NCBI GenBank assembly: GCA_963812135.1
Contig: CAWETU010000001.1
Coordinates: 352,001 to 416,000, forward strand
Direction: 5' to 3'
From: Vulcanimicrobiota bacterium
Lineage (GTDB): Bacteria > Vulcanimicrobiota > Vulcanimicrobiia > Eremiobacterales > Eremiobacteraceae
Length of the DNA: 64,000 bases
Every line of letters begins with the position of its first letter. Position 1 is the stretch's first letter. Below the pieces are notes generated by a model, which saw only the letters and a list, made by a program, of their open reading frames with translations, did not search any database and was not told the DNA's origin. Of this stretch, positions 59,569 through 64,000 are shown piece by piece. Position numbers and translations under genes: made by a program.

Positions 59569-60276
59569 ATGGCCGATCCGAAACCGGTGCTGCCCGCGAA
59601 GATCCTCGTCGTCGACGATGAGGCGACGATCCTCCAAACGCTGCGCTATAATCTTGAGAAAAACGGCTACTCGGTCTGCACGGCGGGCGACGGCCGGCGC
59701 GCGCTTTCCGTCGCCGAGCTCGAGAAACCCGATCTGATCGTGCTCGACATCATGTTGCCGGAGCTCGACGGCATCGAAGTGTGCCGCGAGATCCGCAAGC
59801 GCTCGACGACGCCGGTGCTCATGCTCACCGCGAAAGACCAAGAGATCGACAAAGTGCTCGCGCTTGAGATCGGCGCCGACGATTACATCACCAAGCCGTT
59901 CTCCGTCTACGAGCTGTTGGCGCGCATCAAAGCGCATTTGCGCCGTCTTCAGACGACGCAAGTCCCGGCGGAGACCGGCGTCGTCAAAGGCGGCGACATC
60001 GAGCTCGACGCGGGCCGGCATCGCGTCACCAAGGCCGGCGCGATCATCGAACTTGCGCCCAAGGAATTCCGCTTGCTGCAAGTGCTGCTCGAGAACAAAG
60101 GGCGTGTGGTCACGCGTCAAGCGATGCTCGACCGCGTGTGGGGCTACGATTTCTACGGCGATCTGCAGACCGTCAACGTACACATCCGCTGGTTGCGCGA
60201 GAAGATCGAAGACACCCCGAGCGAACCCAAATACATCCTCACCGTGCGCAGCCGCGGGTATCTCTTCAAAGAGTAG
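59569..60276 (+). CDS. phoB: OmpR-family response regulator (PhoB/PhoP)
   Basis: VVDDE, LDIMLP, GADDYITKPF, TVNVHIRWLREKIE; pho/pst context. Confidence 0.85.
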   Translation: MADPKPVLPAKILVVDDEATILQTLRYNLEKNGYSVCTAGDGRRALSVAELEKPDLIVLDIMLPELDGIEVCREIRKRSTTPVLMLTAKDQEIDKVLALEIGADDYITKPFSVYELLARIKAHLRRLQTTQVPAETGVVKGGDIELDAGRHRVTKAGAIIELAPKEFRLLQVLLENKGRVVTRQAMLDRVWGYDFYGDLQTVNVHIRWLREKIEDTPSEPKYILTVRSRGYLFKE

Positions 60277-60294
60277 CCAACCCAAGCGGCTCAC

Positions 60295-61392
60295 ATGCCG
60301 CTTTTCGATCCGTTCCGGAAACCAACTAAGGCGCCCGGCCATGCCGCTGCAAGCCCGCCTGACCGCAGCGCTGCGCTGTCCGAGCGCTTCGACGCGCTCG
60401 TCGACGCGTTGCCGGTCGGCGTCATCGTGGTCGGCGAAGACGGCCGCGTCACGGTGTTCAACCCCGCCGCCGAGGAGATCTTCGGCGTGCCGCGCGAGCG
60501 CGCGCTCGGGCGCACCCTCATCGAGAGCGTGCGCAGCTTCGAGCTCGACCGGCGCCTCTCCAACGCGTTGCGCGGCGGCGTCGAGCAAACGGCGGAACTC
60601 ACCTATAACGCGGGAACGGAGCGCAAGCTCGAGCTGACGACACGGCCGCTGCGCGGCACTGAACCTCCCCGCGAGGCGGTCGCCGTCGTGCACGACATCA
60701 CGCGCGTGCGCGAGCTCGAGGCGATCCGGCGCGACTTCGTCTCGAACGTCTCACACGAGCTGCGCACGCCGTTGACCTCGGTCAAGATCATCGCGGAGAC
60801 GCTGCAAGGCGGCGTCGACGAGAAGACGGCGAAAGATTTTCTGAACGACATCGCGCGCGAGACGGAGCGCATGATCGCCCTCGTCGAAGACCTGCTCGGA
60901 CTCGCCAAGCTCGAGAGCAGCGCGCCGGCCAGTCCGTTCGCGCCGGTCGATCTGTGCGAGCTTTGCCGCGAAGTCGTCGCGACGCAAGCGCTGCGCGCGA
61001 AGCAGTTGCACATCGACCTGCAAGTCCGCACCCCGCAGGAGCCGATCGTCATGATGGGCGACCGCGCGAAGCTCGTGCAGGTGGTCGTCAACTTGCTGGA
61101 CAACGCGCTGCGGCTCACGCCTGCGAACGGCCACGTGTCGGTCGCGGCCAAGAGTGACGACGGACACGCCGAGCTCAGCGTCAAAGATGATGGCCCCGGC
61201 ATCCCGTCCTCGGCATTGCCGCACATCTTCGAACGCTTCTATGTCGTCGATCGATCGCGTGCGCGCGCGTCGGCCGGCACGGGTCTCGGGCTTGCGATCG
61301 TGAAGCATATCGTGGAGCAACATGGCGGCACGGTGGTCGCTGAGAGCGAGCTGGGAATGGGAACGACGCTCCGTTGCCGATTCAAGATTTAA
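60295..61392 (+). CDS. phoR: PAS sensor histidine kinase (PhoR-like, no TM segments)
   Basis: PAS domain, DFVSNVSHELRTPLT, NLLDNA, D.G.GI, FERFY.VD..R, GTGLGL. Confidence 0.85.
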   Translation: MPLFDPFRKPTKAPGHAAASPPDRSAALSERFDALVDALPVGVIVVGEDGRVTVFNPAAEEIFGVPRERALGRTLIESVRSFELDRRLSNALRGGVEQTAELTYNAGTERKLELTTRPLRGTEPPREAVAVVHDITRVRELEAIRRDFVSNVSHELRTPLTSVKIIAETLQGGVDEKTAKDFLNDIARETERMIALVEDLLGLAKLESSAPASPFAPVDLCELCREVVATQALRAKQLHIDLQVRTPQEPIVMMGDRAKLVQVVVNLLDNALRLTPANGHVSVAAKSDDGHAELSVKDDGPGIPSSALPHIFERFYVVDRSRARASAGTGLGLAIVKHIVEQHGGTVVAESELGMGTTLRCRFKI

Positions 61393-61403
61393 GCGGTCCA
61401 TAG

Positions 61404-61432
61404 TTTACAAATGTCCCGCTCCGGCCTATAAT
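61404..61432 (+). promoter_or_regulatory. Sigma70 promoter of phoU
   Basis: TTTACA-17 bp-TATAAT. Confidence 0.8.
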
Positions 61433-61473
61433 GCAGGGGTACCTTTTTTCATCCCGAGAGGAGCCGGGTTTTT

Positions 61474-62208
61474 TTGGGTCGCGAAAACTTCCATCGAATC
61501 CTAGACGAAACGCAGCAGGACACGCTGCGTCTCGGCAGTCTTGTCGAAGACGCAACCGCGAAGGCGGTCGATGCGCTGACGCGCTCGGACGTCAAGCTCG
61601 CCGATGAGATCCTCGAAGCCGACGACATCGTCGACGATCTCTGCGTGCGCATCGAGACCAATTGTCTCAACCTGCTCGCGTTGCAGCAGCCAATGGCCTC
61701 CGACCTGCGGACCATCGCGGCGATGCTCGACATCATCATCGACCTCGAGCGCATCGGCGATCACGCGTGCGACATCGCGCAGATCACGAAGAACCTCGCC
61801 ACCGAACCGCAGCTCAAGCCGTTCATCGACATCCCGTTGATGGCCACCGCGGCGCGCGAAATGTTGCGCGAGTCGCTCGACGCGTTCGCGCAGCACAACG
61901 CCGATATCGCGCACAAAGTGCCGGCCAAAGACGACGAGGTCGACCGGCTCTATCGCGCGGTGTTCAAAGAGCTGATCGAGTTCATGGCGAAGGATCCGCG
62001 GGCCATCAGTCGCGGCAGCAACCTGATCCTCGTGGCGCTGTATCTCGAACGCATCGCCGACCACGCGACCAACATCTGCGAGCGGGTCGTGTACATGGTC
62101 GAAGGCGTGCCGAAGCACCTCAAGCGCTCGGTCGTCGAGATCAACCAGGCGATCGCTCACTCGGACAGCCTGAGCGGACGCACCGTCGGGGACACCGCGG
62201 CTTCGTAA
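61474..62208 (+). CDS. phoU: Phosphate signalling protein PhoU
   Basis: QQPMASDLR, DLERIGDHA, DDEVD, YLERIADHATNI.E. TTG start with GAGGAG RBS. Confidence 0.95.
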   Translation: MGRENFHRILDETQQDTLRLGSLVEDATAKAVDALTRSDVKLADEILEADDIVDDLCVRIETNCLNLLALQQPMASDLRTIAAMLDIIIDLERIGDHACDIAQITKNLATEPQLKPFIDIPLMATAAREMLRESLDAFAQHNADIAHKVPAKDDEVDRLYRAVFKELIEFMAKDPRAISRGSNLILVALYLERIADHATNICERVVYMVEGVPKHLKRSVVEINQAIAHSDSLSGRTVGDTAAS

Positions 62209-62255
62209 GAGCCAATTCCGGTACACGTTGGATAAATCGGGTCGTTCCGAGGCGC

Positions 62256-62294
62256 CTTAACCCGCGCTTAAGGCTGTCTTAACATCGTCTTCAA
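62256..62294 (+). promoter_or_regulatory. Pho box (four direct repeats, 11-bp period)
   Basis: CTTAAC (62256), CTTAAG (62267), CTTAAC (62278), CTTCAA (62289) upstream of pstS. Confidence 0.78.
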
Positions 62295-62375
62295 GCCCCT
62301 AAGGTACGGTCGTAGTGGTGCATTTTTTCACTAACTGCCGCGCGATTTTTCGCGCGTAGGAGCGCTCGAAAACCA

Positions 62376-63410
62376 GTGAAGAATCTGACTCTCACAGCGA
62401 TCATTTCGGCCGGCCTCGTCGTCGGCATCGCCCTCCCTGGTGTCGCGCTTGCCGACACGCAGTTCCTCGGCGCTGGTTCCACGTTTGATGCGCCGTTCTT
62501 CTCGCGCGCGTTCTATAAATACAGCCAAGACCACACCGGCGTTACGGTGAACTATGCGAGCATCGGCTCTGGAGGCGGTATCTCGCAGTTCACAGCCAAG
62601 ACCGTCGATTTCGGCGCCTCTGACGTGCCACTGACCAAGACGGAGCTTTCGGCGGCGACCGACGCCAACGGCGCAGTCGTCCAATTGCCTGTGACGTTGG
62701 GCGGAGTATGCATATCGTACAACGTGCCGGGCACGCCCAAGCATATCAAGATGACGCCCGCAGTGCTCGCGAACATAGCCCTAGGCCACGTGACGAATTG
62801 GAACGATCCGTCGATCGCCGCGGTCAACCCAGGCGTAAAGTTCCCGAATCTCGCGATTCTTTGGGTACATCGCGCCGATGCCAGCGGCACGTCGTACATC
62901 TTCACCGACTACATGTCGAAGATTAATCCCGAGTGGAAGACAAAAGTTGGAGTGGCTAAGTCAGTCAACTGGCCCGTCGGTGTCGGGGCCAAGGGTAACG
63001 AAGGCGTCGCCGGGCAACTGAGCAACTCTCCAGGCTCTGTTGGCTATATCGAGCTGGCCTACGCGCTGCAGAACGACATCGCGTATGCGGCCCTGCAGAA
63101 CAAGGCCGGCGCATACGTTCTACCTTCGATCGACTCGGTCCGCGCTGCCGCCGCTCAGAAGCCGGCGGTCAATCCGAACGATTTCTCGATCGTCGACCTG
63201 GATGGCAAAGACAGCTATCCGATTTCAGGATACTCCTGGATTATGGTATGGAAGAACCAGCCCGATCCGGCACGCGGCAAGCAGCTCACGGAGATGCTCA
63301 AGTGGCTTGTCACGGGCGGACAGCAATTAGCCACCGCTGTGAATTACGTCGATCTACCCGAGAACGTCCAAAGGGAGGCACTTAACGCCCTCGGATCGAT
63401 CCATTCCTGA
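62376..63410 (+). CDS. pstS: Phosphate ABC transporter substrate-binding protein
   Basis: GAGSTF, GSGGG, DFGASD, HRADASGTS, KGNEGV, YPISG. Confidence 0.96.
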   Translation: MKNLTLTAIISAGLVVGIALPGVALADTQFLGAGSTFDAPFFSRAFYKYSQDHTGVTVNYASIGSGGGISQFTAKTVDFGASDVPLTKTELSAATDANGAVVQLPVTLGGVCISYNVPGTPKHIKMTPAVLANIALGHVTNWNDPSIAAVNPGVKFPNLAILWVHRADASGTSYIFTDYMSKINPEWKTKVGVAKSVNWPVGVGAKGNEGVAGQLSNSPGSVGYIELAYALQNDIAYAALQNKAGAYVLPSIDSVRAAAAQKPAVNPNDFSIVDLDGKDSYPISGYSWIMVWKNQPDPARGKQLTEMLKWLVTGGQQLATAVNYVDLPENVQREALNALGSIHS

Positions 63411-63468
63411 CGCTGTGCAGATCATTAACAATCGTCAATAGGTCACCAACGAGGTCGAAGAGGCGGTG

Positions 63469-64000
63469 ATGCGCCAGGCGACAAAGCCTGACCCCGTACC
63501 GCCTCAGCCCTTTTCAGCAGCGAAGACGGGGTTCATGTCGCAAGACGGCGTCGAACTGGTTGGTGCGTCTCCGGACGTGGCCGCGCGACGAGCCCGTTCG
63601 CACGGCTCGCCGTTCGGCGACCGACTGTTCATGCTGGTCCTCCACGGCGCTGCTTGGCTTGTCATCGCGATCATCTTCGCGGTGTTCGTGGTGCTCTTAC
63701 AAAAATCGCTTCCGGCGATTCACCAGATAGGCCTGAAGGCGTTTACGACGCTTTGGGATCCTAACGGATCCCACTACGGCGTACTGACATTCATCTACGG
63801 CACCGTCGTGACATCGGCTGTCGCACTGTTGGTCGCCGGACCTATCGGAATCGGTGCGGCCTTGTTCCTGGCCGAGCTTGCGCCGCGAAGACTTGCGACG
63901 CCGGTCGCCATGCTGATAGAGCTGCTGGCGGCCGTTCCAAGCGTCGTCTACGGGTTGTGGGGATTGTTCGCGCTCACGCCCGCGATTCGGCTCTTCATGG
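63469..64000 (+). CDS. pstC: Phosphate ABC transporter permease (3' end outside window)
   Basis: Hand translation: IYGTVVTSAVALLVAGPIGIGAALFLAE...IELLAAVPSVVYGLWG. Confidence 0.93.
   Translation, partial: MRQATKPDPVPPQPFSAAKTGFMSQDGVELVGASPDVAARRARSHGSPFGDRLFMLVLHGAAWLVIAIIFAVFVVLLQKSLPAIHQIGLKAFTTLWDPNGSHYGVLTFIYGTVVTSAVALLVAGPIGIGAALFLAELAPRRLATPVAMLIELLAAVPSVVYGLWGLFALTPAIRLFM

Overview
High-GC (roughly two-thirds G+C by eye), gene-dense core-genome window from a diderm bacterium with Firmicute-like gene order. Gene content and style suggest Candidatus Eremiobacterota/Vulcanimicrobiota, which is an inference only. Order: smc (partial), purH, a small metal/redox cluster, then a long hisS...aspS operon enclosing accB, ADP-heptose genes, an LpxB-like gene and six GT2/GT9 glycosyltransferases. 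Next come a DehI-like dehalogenase, a minus-strand D-Glu/peptide scavenging operon, a 6S RNA, ptp-rpiB-glyA-deaminase-wecA-wecB-atp operon-murA-mreB, tsaC, an LptA-repeat protein, rarA, ppm1, iscS, a ytxGH-rsbV-rsbW-sigB module, alaS and phoBR-phoU-pstS-pstC (partial). No mobile elements, CRISPR, tRNA or rRNA were seen. Highlights the ORF track misses: (1) a BCP/PrxQ peroxiredoxin at 4882-5354 whose peroxidatic Cys codon is an in-frame TGA followed by a bacterial SECIS-like hairpin, a candidate selenoprotein; (2) a ~614-aa secreted protein of four tandem LptA-like beta-jellyroll repeats plus a Pro/Thr tail, a candidate single-chain LPS bridge; (3) a 6S RNA with promoter and terminator; (4) a 4x11-bp Pho box and a fourU-like switchable phoU leader. 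Five single-base indels (bcp x2, atpF x2, lptA-repeat x1) suggest long-read consensus errors and are a caveat on single-base claims.
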